Below are positions 1 through 9,436 of a DNA stretch of 64,000 bases, in pieces. The notes below the pieces were generated by a model, which worked only from the letters and a program-made list of their open reading frames with translations, was not told the origin of the DNA and did not search any database. Source of the DNA: Kiritimatiellia bacterium (GTDB lineage: Bacteria; Verrucomicrobiota; Kiritimatiellia; JAAZAB01); contig JAXGPF010000003.1 of assembly GCA_040767085.1 (NCBI GenBank), positions 96,001-160,000 on the forward strand. The letters are read 5' to 3'. The stretch's first letter is position 1. Every line of letters begins with the position of its first letter. The translations under genes were made by a program, and so were the position numbers.

Positions 1-1159
1 CCACTTCCACCGCCACCGTCAAATCCTTCAACGCGGACTCCGGTATCCCGATTGCCGCCGCCGCGACGGCCTGCTTCTCCGTCGTATAATAATTCCGGTC
101 CAGCCAGCCTTGCATCACCTTCAACACCGCCGGTGTCTCCACTAGGACCTGCCGCCAAATTTCCCCGCTGGCGGTATCCCGCGCTTCCACCGTAACCGAG
201 CGCTCCGCCGGCGCCGACACCGGCACGGACACCGTCAATTTAACCGGCCGCGTCCCCTGTAACTCCACCCGTTCCCGCACGATCGTTTCTTCGCCCGTTA
301 CCGGCCGGTCAATCACCGCCGCCTCCACTGCTCCCGTCGCGGAGTTCCCGCCCTTCAACTCCATCTCCACCCGGTAATAATTCGTCCCGCCTTCCGTGTA
401 ATACGGCCGGACATCCACCCGATCCAAAGACGCCAGAAACGGAAGCCGCAACTTCCCCGGCGCCAATGGCGCCAGCGCCCCAAAAGCCGCCGGCTCGTGG
501 AACGACCGCGTCACAGGACGCCACAGGCTGTGTTCCATATCCTCGTGCGTGATCACATTGCTCGCATCCACATACGGCTGCCGCCGGTTGCGCACGATGT
601 TCAGCCGGATATACTCCAGGTCGCCGTATTCCAGGAACAGGTACAGCGGCAACGCCGTTTCCGCCGACCAGCCTTCATCGGCAACCGCCACCGCCGACCG
701 CCAGGGCAGGTTCCAGGTCTGGCGCTCGCGGCTGCCGTTGATGATCCGCTGCTCGGCCTTGATGTTGAAGCAGCTCAGCATGAAGTGGTAATACGCCGCG
801 CCGGCGCCATCCGACGAGAAAAACAGTTCCACCGATTCGTCCTCCGAGACCGGCCCGTCATGCTCGCGCGTCTTCGGGTCCAGGACGTGTTTCTGCAGCG
901 GATTCCTGCACGTGATCCCCAGATACAGCCAGGCATCGTCATACGCCAGCCGGACTTCCGTGTCGTCCGCGCGCCGGCCGTTTGCATCCTTGAAAACATG
1001 GAAATTTCCCAACGGCACGGCCTCCCGCCAGCAAGCCTCGTCCAGCCGGCCGTCCAGCGCCGGCGGCGCTTCCAGTTTTAAGGCCGCCGGCGGTTTACCG
1101 GCGCTTGCCTGGCCGCAAATCACCGCCATGCTAAAAATAAAAATTAAAGTTTTATGCAT
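1..1159 (-). CDS. Secreted protein with N-terminal CBM9-like sugar-binding domain (runs off the window start)
   Basis: Not in the ORF track; translated by hand: MHKTLIFIFSMAVICGQASAG...LDGRLDEACW...DDTEVRLAYDDAWLYLGITC...DESVELFF...YYHFML. Paralogous to the N-terminus of 5276-8494 (shared SFHEP and LDRNYYT/FDRNYYT). Confidence 0.8.
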   Translation of the reverse strand, partial: MHKTLIFIFSMAVICGQASAGKPPAALKLEAPPALDGRLDEACWREAVPLGNFHVFKDANGRRADDTEVRLAYDDAWLYLGITCRNPLQKHVLDPKTREHDGPVSEDESVELFFSSDGAGAAYYHFMLSCFNIKAEQRIINGSRERQTWNLPWRSAVAVADEGWSAETALPLYLFLEYGDLEYIRLNIVRNRRQPYVDASNVITHEDMEHSLWRPVTRSFHEPAAFGALAPLAPGKLRLPFLASLDRVDVRPYYTEGGTNYYRVEMELKGGNSATGAVEAAVIDRPVTGEETIVRERVELQGTRPVKLTVSVPVSAPAERSVTVEARDTASGEIWRQVLVETPAVLKVMQGWLDRNYYTTEKQAVAAAAIGIPESALKDLTVAVEV

Positions 1160-1171
1160 TAGTCTTTTTCA

Positions 1172-1373
1172 GCAGCATCCCACAGGTAATAAAGAAAAAA
1201 TACATCGTCGGGGTCGAAATCGCTATCGCTATCGGGATCGATACCGATTTCGATACCGGTTCCGACCCCGCATAAAACCGGAACTTAACCCTGTTTTGCC
1301 GGGTACGCAATAGCTGAATTTATTAGTAAATACTGATGTTTTCTAGTTGAAAATTAGAACTATGGGATGACAG
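1172..1373. mobile_element. MITE-like element, family B, copy 1
   Basis: Ends GCAGCATCCCACAG and CTATGGGATGACAG; flanking direct repeats TTAGTCTTTTTCA (1159-1171) and TGAGTCTTTTTCA (1374-1386); same ends at 16388-16836. Confidence 0.65.
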
Positions 1374-1444
1374 TGAGTCTTTTTCAAAACTCGCTCGATA
1401 TTAATGATTGGCCTGCACGCGACTTGGCAGGCGGGCGTTTGGCG

Positions 1445-1579
1445 GCCGTAGCTTTAGCGAAGGCGGGCGGCCACCGCACTCCCTCCGATCATCCGGTTCC
1501 TTGATAAATAATCCGCATCTTCTTTGTGGCTTGGTGGCATTAGCTTGCCTGCCGTAGTCTTGACGAAGGAGGGTGAGAG
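1445..1579. repeat. REP-like motif GCCGTAG(C/T)(T/C)TT(AG/GA)CGAAGG, two copies
   Basis: Copies at 1445-1467 and 1543-1579; reverse copies at 16498-16528 and 36315-36351; variants at 34262-34290 and 47140-47166. Confidence 0.7.
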
Positions 1580-1603
1580 AATAAAACGGTTTTTCATGGA
1601 TTG

Positions 1604-3004
1604 CTAACGAATCGAAAACATCATCCCCTCGTACACATATTCATAACACCCCATGTCCACCAGGCGCGAGAACCGGTCCAGCCGCTGCCGGCCATCCAGA
1701 TCCACGCCGGCGGCCTCATTCATCCAGGGCTGGTTGGCGCCGGCATTGATGCAAAGCGACTCCTTACCCGGCCGGTATCCCACCAGCCCGGGATCCACCG
1801 AAAGATTATTAGTGGAATACTGGTTGATCATCGCGGCGGCGACCAGGGCGCCGCCGGCGGTGCAGCAATTCGAGAACGATACCGCGGTCGAACTGGCTTC
1901 AACCGACACATTGGAACCGCCGGCCGGTCCGGTATTTCCCCAGACGATGCAATTCTGCAAATAAGGATTGGCGCCCGCGATAATACTTACCCCGCCGCCA
2001 TGCGTGGCGTTGGTGTTGCCGATCACGGTGCAGTTCTGCAGCATCTTGTCGCCGGTGACGGCGCCGGACATGTAAACCCCGCCGCCCCGCCCCCCGGTAT
2101 TGCCGGAAAGCAGGCAATTGCGCACAGTCCCAACGCTCATGAAAACCCCGCCGCCATATTCCCCGGCGCCCGTGGCGTTGTCCCGGATGATGCAGTTGGC
2201 GATCACGCCGTTGGACAACAAGTAAGTGGTCCCATAACTGATCCCGCCGCCGCTCCGGGAACTGGTATTGGAGGCGATCAGGCAATCCGTCATCAGCGCA
2301 TAGCCGGAACTCGCCGGTCCAAATACAATCCCGCCGCCGGTACCGGATTGGGTGACATAGACATTGGTGATGGAAGCGTTGCCGACTATCTGGCAGTTGC
2401 TGATCAGGCAATACCCCTGGGGGGTATAGGAAGATATCCCCCCGCCGCCATTGGAGGTTACATTGCCGATGATCAAGGAATCCACCAAGGCGCCGTAAAC
2501 GGTCAATTCCAGCGCCACCCCGCCGCCGCCGTGGACGCCGACAGTATTGGTGGCAAACGCTCTGTTCCCGGAAATAATGCAGTTGGAGACCACGCCGGCT
2601 TGCATCCGCACCCCGCCACCGCCACCCGCGTACGCGCAGCCGTTGGTGATCGTAAAGGCCGAAATCACCGCGCCGGTGTGGTTGAGGTAAAAACAGCGGT
2701 TAGTGGTTAAGGGAAAATTGCCGTTGACGATCGTGTCGGCGGGATTGCCGCTGAACCCGCGGATATCCAACGCCTTGTTGACATAGATATACGCCGGGAC
2801 CGTATACGTGCCGTTGGACACCAGGATGGTGTCGTAATTCACCGCCTTGCCCACGGCGCTGCCGATGGTCAACAGGGCGTCACCCCAGCCGTTGGTGCCG
2901 GCGTTGGAGTCGGAACCATCCTCCGCCACGTAAAATGTCGCAGCCATGGCGCTGAACGCCAGCACCTGCATCGCTGCAACCAAACCCGCCAGGCGAATTT
3001 TCAT
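1604..3004 (-). CDS. Secreted right-handed beta-helix repeat protein with choice-of-anchor Q-like C-terminus
   Basis: Signal peptide, repeated NC-I-GN...GGG motifs, ends SLCINAG...DLDG..R...VDMGCYEY..GMMFSIR. Confidence 0.8.
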   Translation of the reverse strand: MKIRLAGLVAAMQVLAFSAMAATFYVAEDGSDSNAGTNGWGDALLTIGSAVGKAVNYDTILVSNGTYTVPAYIYVNKALDIRGFSGNPADTIVNGNFPLTTNRCFYLNHTGAVISAFTITNGCAYAGGGGGVRMQAGVVSNCIISGNRAFATNTVGVHGGGGVALELTVYGALVDSLIIGNVTSNGGGGISSYTPQGYCLISNCQIVGNASITNVYVTQSGTGGGIVFGPASSGYALMTDCLIASNTSSRSGGGISYGTTYLLSNGVIANCIIRDNATGAGEYGGGVFMSVGTVRNCLLSGNTGGRGGGVYMSGAVTGDKMLQNCTVIGNTNATHGGGVSIIAGANPYLQNCIVWGNTGPAGGSNVSVEASSTAVSFSNCCTAGGALVAAAMINQYSTNNLSVDPGLVGYRPGKESLCINAGANQPWMNEAAGVDLDGRQRLDRFSRLVDMGCYEYVYEGMMFSIR

Positions 3005-3087
3005 ACCCCCTCCTATCTTGATGTGTTCAGTATTCCGTGTTCGGCTGTAAAACCTTTAAAACTTGTAACATGTCCGCTGGCAAAGGG

Positions 3088-5100
3088 TCAAGCTCCGCCC
3101 GGTTTTCCGATTAACTCCTTGTACATCCCGATTTGCGTCTCAAGGACTTTCAGGCGTTTCTGGAAGGTGGCGTTTCCTACCAGGTTCAGACTCTGTCCGT
3201 AAGCGGTAATGCCTTCCATGTAATTGTCCCAGGCTTGGCTGATATCCGCTTTCATCTGCGCCAGTTCGCCCGACGCCGGCCGCGGCGCATCCGCTGCGCC
3301 CGGCATCCGCCGGGCATGCAATTCCAAAACCAGGCGCATGGCGGTCAAGTTGGCCTGGATCAGCCGGGTTTCATGAAGCGCCGCGGGCGCATCCGACGCT
3401 TCCGCCAGTTGCATGACAGCCGTACACTCCGCCCATTGCCGGTCAATCTCTGATCGCACCGGGCTGCCCGCCGGCAGCGGCTTACCATCCCCCGCCGCCG
3501 CCAGGATTTTTTCCCACCCGGGCGACCTTTCATACAGCCGGACCGCCTTGGCCAGCGGCTCAAAGGCGGCAAACCAATCGCCAAACTTTTCCGGACTGGC
3601 CAGACCGCGCCGGGTGGCCCAGGCGGCCGCCAGTTCCCGCGGGCCGCGCCCCCGGGCATTCCAGGTCCATTCCGCCAGAGTGTGATACTGGAAGTCGCCC
3701 CAGACTTGCGAAAACTCCGCATTATTCCGCGCGTCCAGGCAGACTACGCCGCTGTAATGTTTTGACAATAAATTGCTGATGGAATGGCGCATATCGGATC
3801 CCAGGTCAAAGCGCGACCAGGTCCGGTTCAAAAAAAGGCCGTCATAACTCGCCACCCAGCCGCCCTTGGCCGCATAATCCAAAATCGGCTGCTTGGGTGA
3901 GTAATGCGCTTCCACCCGGATGCCCTCCGGCGGAATCATGGCCAGGCATTCTTCGAGAGCCTTGACGTAATGGTCTTCCATCCGCAGGAATGTAAAACAT
4001 ATCCGCCCTGTAAAAGCCGGGTGTTTTTCCCGGGCCCGCATCAAGGCCGCCACGCTGGCCTGCGTTTCCAACTGGAATTGGCGTGGCCCATCGCGCAGGC
4101 ATTCGGCGCAGCCGCACTGCTGCGGGGTGAATTCGGACAGCCAGATGCTCAACTCCGGCACACCCTGCTCCGCTGCATCCTGCACCATTTCGTCCATCAC
4201 CCGGGCAAAGCCGGGATGCGACGCGCACGGGGCGCGGCATTGTTCGAATTGGTTCGGGCTGGGATACAGTTTGGCCATGTGGTGGAGCGCCGAATCGCCC
4301 TGGCCCACCAACTCCGGGTAGGCATTAGTGAATCCGAACTGCCAGAAATAATCCGGATGCGGCGTATGCGGCAGGAGCAGGAAAGCGCGCAGCGCGGCCG
4401 CCCGAATTTGATCCAACGGTATTTGCCCGGGGGGGAAAGACACCGGCATGTCTTTTTTAAAAGCGGGCCGGGGCCAGCAAATGGTCAGGTTCAACTTCAG
4501 GGCCGCCATCCAGGGGATGAAGCCCGGGGCGGCATATTCTATGTTCCACGGCCCGCGCTCGTCCATATCCGGCCAGTCGGTGATCTCCGCCAGGGGCACC
4601 ACCGCCGCCCCGGGCTCCGTCCGCGCCAGCAGCAATTGCGATAAGGTCTGCACCGCGTAAAACACGCCCTTATCATGCCACCCGGCCGCCAGCAACCCAT
4701 TCGTCCCGGCCGGACGGATCAGGTAAGCCTGGTCGGGGTACCGTGTCTGCTTCAGCCGGTCAGCCCCGGTCACGGCTTGGCCATTGAGCCGCCCTTGTGC
4801 ATCCAGGCGTCCGATCTGGATCACAAAATCCGCGCCGGTAGGCGCCTGACCGCTCCGGGCCTGGTAAGCCGCGCGCAATTCGTTGACCGCCTCCACAACC
4901 ATGGCGGAGGCGTCGGGCGCCGTGGCCAGGCCGAGTTGGCCTGGCGCCAGCCGGGCCTCCCCGGACACGGCCAGTTCCTGCGGCAGCGGAATGAGATAAT
5001 CCGACCAGCGGATACCGCCTACCGGTTGATCCTGCGCCAGGACAGGTATCATTCCGGCCAGCAAACCGGCGGCCGAAATCAAAATTCTTTTTGTATGCAT
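3088..5100 (-). CDS. Secreted protein with GH20 zincin-like (hexosaminidase domain 2) N-terminal domain
   Basis: Start MHTKRILISAA; motifs LIPLPQEL, GVFYAVQTLSQL, ITDWPDMDERG. The ORF-track extension to 5226 reads through a MITE. Confidence 0.7.
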   Translation of the reverse strand: MHTKRILISAAGLLAGMIPVLAQDQPVGGIRWSDYLIPLPQELAVSGEARLAPGQLGLATAPDASAMVVEAVNELRAAYQARSGQAPTGADFVIQIGRLDAQGRLNGQAVTGADRLKQTRYPDQAYLIRPAGTNGLLAAGWHDKGVFYAVQTLSQLLLARTEPGAAVVPLAEITDWPDMDERGPWNIEYAAPGFIPWMAALKLNLTICWPRPAFKKDMPVSFPPGQIPLDQIRAAALRAFLLLPHTPHPDYFWQFGFTNAYPELVGQGDSALHHMAKLYPSPNQFEQCRAPCASHPGFARVMDEMVQDAAEQGVPELSIWLSEFTPQQCGCAECLRDGPRQFQLETQASVAALMRAREKHPAFTGRICFTFLRMEDHYVKALEECLAMIPPEGIRVEAHYSPKQPILDYAAKGGWVASYDGLFLNRTWSRFDLGSDMRHSISNLLSKHYSGVVCLDARNNAEFSQVWGDFQYHTLAEWTWNARGRGPRELAAAWATRRGLASPEKFGDWFAAFEPLAKAVRLYERSPGWEKILAAAGDGKPLPAGSPVRSEIDRQWAECTAVMQLAEASDAPAALHETRLIQANLTAMRLVLELHARRMPGAADAPRPASGELAQMKADISQAWDNYMEGITAYGQSLNLVGNATFQKRLKVLETQIGMYKELIGKPGGA

Positions 5101-5153
5101 ATTCTGACTATTGACTACTGGGTGCTGAATTCTGCCTCGAAAAGTTTCCATTT

Positions 5154-5273
5154 GAGCCAATTGCAAAAGTCCTGACAAAAAGGTCGGGGTGAAACCCGAC
5201 CCTCCAAAAACGGGGTGATTTTGCATTTTGGAGGGACGACTTCCACTTCGTCCGAGACTTTTGAAACTGGCTC
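5154..5273. mobile_element. 120-bp MITE, family A, copy 1
   Basis: TIRs GAGCCAATTGCAAAAGTC / GACTTTTGAAACTGGCTC; ATTT on both flanks; two internal GGAG-type hairpins. Confidence 0.85.
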
Positions 5274-5275
5274 AT

Positions 5276-8200
5276 TTATGGCTCGAATTCCGTCGGCGCC
5301 GATCCTTTCTCCAACTGCATGGCGTCCACCCAGACGGTGCCGTGCCCCCGCAATTGAAATTCCAGCCCGCACTTCCGGTAGGCGTTGGCCGGAATCGGCC
5401 CGGTTACCGAATACCGCTGCCACTCCCTGGTAACCTTCACCGTTTTCCATGCCTTAATCCATTTGTTCCCATCCCATTCCTTCATCCAGTGGCTGCCGAA
5501 CAAGACCGGCAAACCGTCGGTGTCGCCTTTCATGTAAATTGACCAGGTATAGGTTTCGGGCTGGGGATTTTGCGGCGCGCTGGCTACCAGGAATCCCGTG
5601 TAAGTGAGGGGACCGTCATCTTTACGATTGATAAGCTGCAAACATACCCGGCCATGGTAGGGATCTTTTTCCACTAGCGTCATGTTCGAGTTTTCATAAC
5701 CGATGACCGCATTCCCCGCCGGGATGAGATAGTCCGGCAAGCCCGGCAGGGTCGCTTCTTCAAAACTGGGGTTGGGCGCGACATTCTTCATGCCCGTGCG
5801 CCCAAAATAATCCACGGTCGGCGAGCGGGCCGGCGGCGGCGGCGTGGTTTCGTCCGGCGCGCTCCGGACCAGGATTTTCACCGGGCCGTCCTGTTTCAAG
5901 CCCGCCCCCAGGTTGTAGGCCCGGACGCCGAACGGCTCCAGGCGGTCGCTGAACGTCCCGCCGGACACCGTGCAAGTCACATTCGTGAACATGCGCTGGA
6001 CCACGCCGGATGCCGGCAGGCCGGATATGGTAAAATCAACCTGCGCCTGCCGCTCCAGGGTATTCGCGGCCAACAGCACTGTCCCGCCGGCCGGGTAACG
6101 GAACAACGCCGCCTGCACTGCCGGGAAAAGGTCTTTCTCCGGAACGAATTCCAAGGGGCTGTAGGCGATTTCCTGGGGCACGGGCGGTGCCAGCAGCGCC
6201 GGCGTCAGCACATTCAATTGTTCGACAAACGTCCGGATGGCATCCACCAGCAATTTGTGCTGCGGATAGCGGTAATATCCCAGGCCGCGCGCGCCATGGA
6301 TAATGGCCAGATAACTCTGGCACATCTGTTCCGCCGGCGTCGGCAGCCGCCGGTGGGTGGCCGACCAGTTGCTGCCCATGAGCGTAATCCAGGTCATTTT
6401 CCGCGCGGCATCCGCGCGTTGCCGGGTTTGCCGGACGATTTTCGACACGAAATTGACCGTGTTGCGGTCTTTCAGCGTGCCGTCCGGAATCCAGTACGGG
6501 TCGGTGCATAAAATGTCACACCAATCCGTCGCCTCCGCTCCCGGTGGAATGTGCGAGGAATACAGCGCCATCGTCGGGTGGTAACCGTCGGCCTCGTTGG
6601 TTTTCTTGTACAAATCCCGCCCCTGGACGAACATGTCGAATCCCGCGAACCCGGGCTCATCGAATGTTTCATAGGCCAGCATGCGGGGATGGTCCATTAC
6701 CGCCCGGATGCCCGCCAGGTATTCCGGCAAACTCGCCTGGTAAAAACTTTCATAAATGGCGTTGCGCTGCGCGCGGGTCAATTTTTTAAACGCTGGCCGG
6801 CTGTAATAATTCAGAGTGCTTTGCAGATCGTTGGCTGTGTAAAGCTCATCCGCCTGTTTGAGTTCGTCTTCCTCCAGATATGCGGATAAACCCGTGATTT
6901 TTTTCCGGGTCTCGGTCGTTTCAATAATATGCATCAAATACAAATCCAGTTCCGCCGCCAGCGCCAAAAACTCCGGCAGGCGCTCCGCGGCATTCCATGC
7001 AGCATATACATTGATGCCGGCAGCCTTGGCGGCGCGCATAAGGTGGGGAGTGCATTCGGCATAAATCCCCACCGGGAAAAAAGGCTGCCCGTCTTTTAAG
7101 AGGATGCCGTTACGCTGGTCAATTTTCCATTCATGGCCGGGCTTGGGCGCGCGTTTGGTCAGCCGGAGCGCCTTTTGAAACAGCGCCTGCCGCCCGGTGC
7201 GATCTTCCAGGACCAGTTCCAGCGCGCTTTCTCCCGGCGGCAGCCTCCCGAGTTCCACCTGGAAAAGATTTTCACCGGCAATGCGCTCCGCCAGGAACAG
7301 TTCGTTGGAGGCAGCGTCCCGCACCACCGCCTGCAACCCCGCCAGCGTTGCCGCGGGCAGCGTCACCCGGCATGCCAGACCGGCATGTTCTTCGGCAGTG
7401 TAATAATTGCGGTCGAAATAAGCGTCCAGCGGCGTCAATTGCTCCAGCCCGGTCAAGGCTGCCTGTTCTACCGTGCCCTTGGTGAAAGAATCCCGCAAGA
7501 TCACAGCCGCATCCCGCCGGCCCATGGCCGCCACCGGCACCGAAAGCCTGACATTCGACTGCCGGCCCGGCGCGACTCCCTGGCGGGTCGCGGCGACTTC
7601 CACCGGCGCGCCTTCCGCCGGCAAGTCCCGCACCGCGACATCGGCATACTCGCCGTTGGTGCCGCCGCACGAGATTTTGGCGAAGACATCGTAAAAAGTC
7701 CCCTCATCGTTGACATAAAAACTCTCGACCTTGACGTCATCCAGCTTCAGCCGGCAGCCCGGCTGGACGGCCAACCCTTCCAATCCGCGCAGTTCGCCAA
7801 ACGCTTCCGGCTCGTGAAAGGAATCCCGCACCGGGAACAGAGTGCTGGATTCACGCTTCTCGCCCAAACGCACGCCCTGCGAGTCGAATTCCGGAATCAT
7901 TTTCGTCCGGGTGATGTTGAAACTGAGCTGGCCGACCTTGCCCTGCTCCGACAACAGCTCCAGCGGGATGGCGATTTCCGCCGTCCATCCCCGTTCATGC
8001 TTCACCGCCGATGACAGCCAGACCGGGTTCCAACTCCGCTCCCTTTGCGATGCCGACCCGCTCCCGGCTGCCTTCTGCTCGGCCTTGATATTGTCGCAGT
8101 TCAGCATGAAATGGCAGTAATGATGCCGGGCGGGATCGGACGAAATAAAGATTTCCACCGAATCGTCGTTGCACACCGCCCCGTCACGGGTCTTCACCGT

Positions 8201-8494
8201 ATTCCGGTCAAACCCCGATTCCAGGTTGACGCATTCCACGCCGAAATACAGCCACTTGTCGTCGAATGTGATCTTAACCCGCGTATCATCGGTGGTGCGG
8301 CCCGCCTCACCATGAACCGTAAACGCGCCCAGCGGCTCGATCCTACCCCAGAATGGATCCCCCAGTTTGCCGTCCATGTGCAGGGCGTTCCAATTCGGCT
8401 GCCGCTTGAAGCGCACCGCTTCCACCGCCGGCCCCGCCACCGCCACGCTCATCAATCCCGCCATCAACAAGATGCCCGCCAGAATTTTCTGCAT
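5276..8494 (-). CDS. Large secreted CBM9-like + glycoside-hydrolase-like barrel + C-terminal carbohydrate-binding domain protein
   Basis: RBS AGGAGG before MQKILAGILL; DGQPFFPVGIY and YETFDEP in the barrel region; NPSFE...VWVDAMQLE at the C-terminus. Confidence 0.75.
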   Translation of the reverse strand: MQKILAGILLMAGLMSVAVAGPAVEAVRFKRQPNWNALHMDGKLGDPFWGRIEPLGAFTVHGEAGRTTDDTRVKITFDDKWLYFGVECVNLESGFDRNTVKTRDGAVCNDDSVEIFISSDPARHHYCHFMLNCDNIKAEQKAAGSGSASQRERSWNPVWLSSAVKHERGWTAEIAIPLELLSEQGKVGQLSFNITRTKMIPEFDSQGVRLGEKRESSTLFPVRDSFHEPEAFGELRGLEGLAVQPGCRLKLDDVKVESFYVNDEGTFYDVFAKISCGGTNGEYADVAVRDLPAEGAPVEVAATRQGVAPGRQSNVRLSVPVAAMGRRDAAVILRDSFTKGTVEQAALTGLEQLTPLDAYFDRNYYTAEEHAGLACRVTLPAATLAGLQAVVRDAASNELFLAERIAGENLFQVELGRLPPGESALELVLEDRTGRQALFQKALRLTKRAPKPGHEWKIDQRNGILLKDGQPFFPVGIYAECTPHLMRAAKAAGINVYAAWNAAERLPEFLALAAELDLYLMHIIETTETRKKITGLSAYLEEDELKQADELYTANDLQSTLNYYSRPAFKKLTRAQRNAIYESFYQASLPEYLAGIRAVMDHPRMLAYETFDEPGFAGFDMFVQGRDLYKKTNEADGYHPTMALYSSHIPPGAEATDWCDILCTDPYWIPDGTLKDRNTVNFVSKIVRQTRQRADAARKMTWITLMGSNWSATHRRLPTPAEQMCQSYLAIIHGARGLGYYRYPQHKLLVDAIRTFVEQLNVLTPALLAPPVPQEIAYSPLEFVPEKDLFPAVQAALFRYPAGGTVLLAANTLERQAQVDFTISGLPASGVVQRMFTNVTCTVSGGTFSDRLEPFGVRAYNLGAGLKQDGPVKILVRSAPDETTPPPPARSPTVDYFGRTGMKNVAPNPSFEEATLPGLPDYLIPAGNAVIGYENSNMTLVEKDPYHGRVCLQLINRKDDGPLTYTGFLVASAPQNPQPETYTWSIYMKGDTDGLPVLFGSHWMKEWDGNKWIKAWKTVKVTREWQRYSVTGPIPANAYRKCGLEFQLRGHGTVWVDAMQLEKGSAPTEFEP

Positions 8495-8572
8495 GCGTTT
8501 TCTCCCTCCTGTCATCTGTCTGATTTCATCATGTGTTGCCTGCCGCGCCGGTCATCCCCTGCCCGTGTTAAT

Positions 8573-9370
8573 TCACCGCCAGGCCGTCGTGCCGTAGAAC
8601 CAATCGGTATAACTCTTGATCCATTGAATCTGTTCGCGGTGATCCTCCCGGTCAAACCAGCCGTTCTGCAGGATGACGCAACCCTGGACGGCGGTGGCCC
8701 TTAAAAGCTCCAGTCCCTTTTTCCACTGCGCCTGCGCGACCGCCATTGATATCGGCTCTTCCGTGGTGCGCCAGGTTTCGCCGTAGTTGTGCGCAAATAA
8801 CCCCAGCAGGACGGGTTTTTTGGCGGTCAGTTTCTTGAGCTTCACGATTTCGTAGTAGCACTGCGCCCGCCAGAAATCCTCGGTGGAAATCCAGGCCCAG
8901 AGATTGATGCCGTCAAAACAGTCCAGGTAGGGAACCAATTCCTGCTGATCCTGAAAAGTGTACCGCACCAGATACAGCTTTAAATCCGGATTGTAGCGCT
9001 GCAAGGCCGCCCGGGCTTTTTTAATTTCTTCCGGGCGGCTGGCATCGTCGCAATTGGCGCTGAGAAAATCGTCAATGATCGCGCCCCTGAGGTTCGGATG
9101 CCGGCGGGCGAATTCGGCGATTTTAGCGGCGGACCCGGCATACTCGCCATGCTTGCAGGCGCATAGCACATTCTCGTACCCGGCAATATGCTGGAACAAT
9201 CCATCGTCCAGCGCCGCCAGGTCATGCATGGAATTCATGTAAACCACGCTGCCGGCGTCCAGGTAATCGGCGGCGGTTTCCAGGCTGCAATAAGTCCGGC
9301 CGGGAACGAATGGCGCCTCCCCGGGAATCTTGTCAAGCACATACCCCCACACCCATAATCCTTTTTTCAT
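8573..9370 (-). CDS. Conserved hypothetical protein, probable TIM barrel; paralog of 10535-11368
   Basis: Motifs LWVWG, GAIIDDF, INLWAW, HNYGE. Confidence 0.7.
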   Translation of the reverse strand: MKKGLWVWGYVLDKIPGEAPFVPGRTYCSLETAADYLDAGSVVYMNSMHDLAALDDGLFQHIAGYENVLCACKHGEYAGSAAKIAEFARRHPNLRGAIIDDFLSANCDDASRPEEIKKARAALQRYNPDLKLYLVRYTFQDQQELVPYLDCFDGINLWAWISTEDFWRAQCYYEIVKLKKLTAKKPVLLGLFAHNYGETWRTTEEPISMAVAQAQWKKGLELLRATAVQGCVILQNGWFDREDHREQIQWIKSYTDWFYGTTAWR

Positions 9371-9436
9371 GTCAAGCATCCGTCTTCTTTGTGCCTTCGC
9401 GCCTTCGTGTGAAAATAAAACGGCTTTCCAAGGGAG

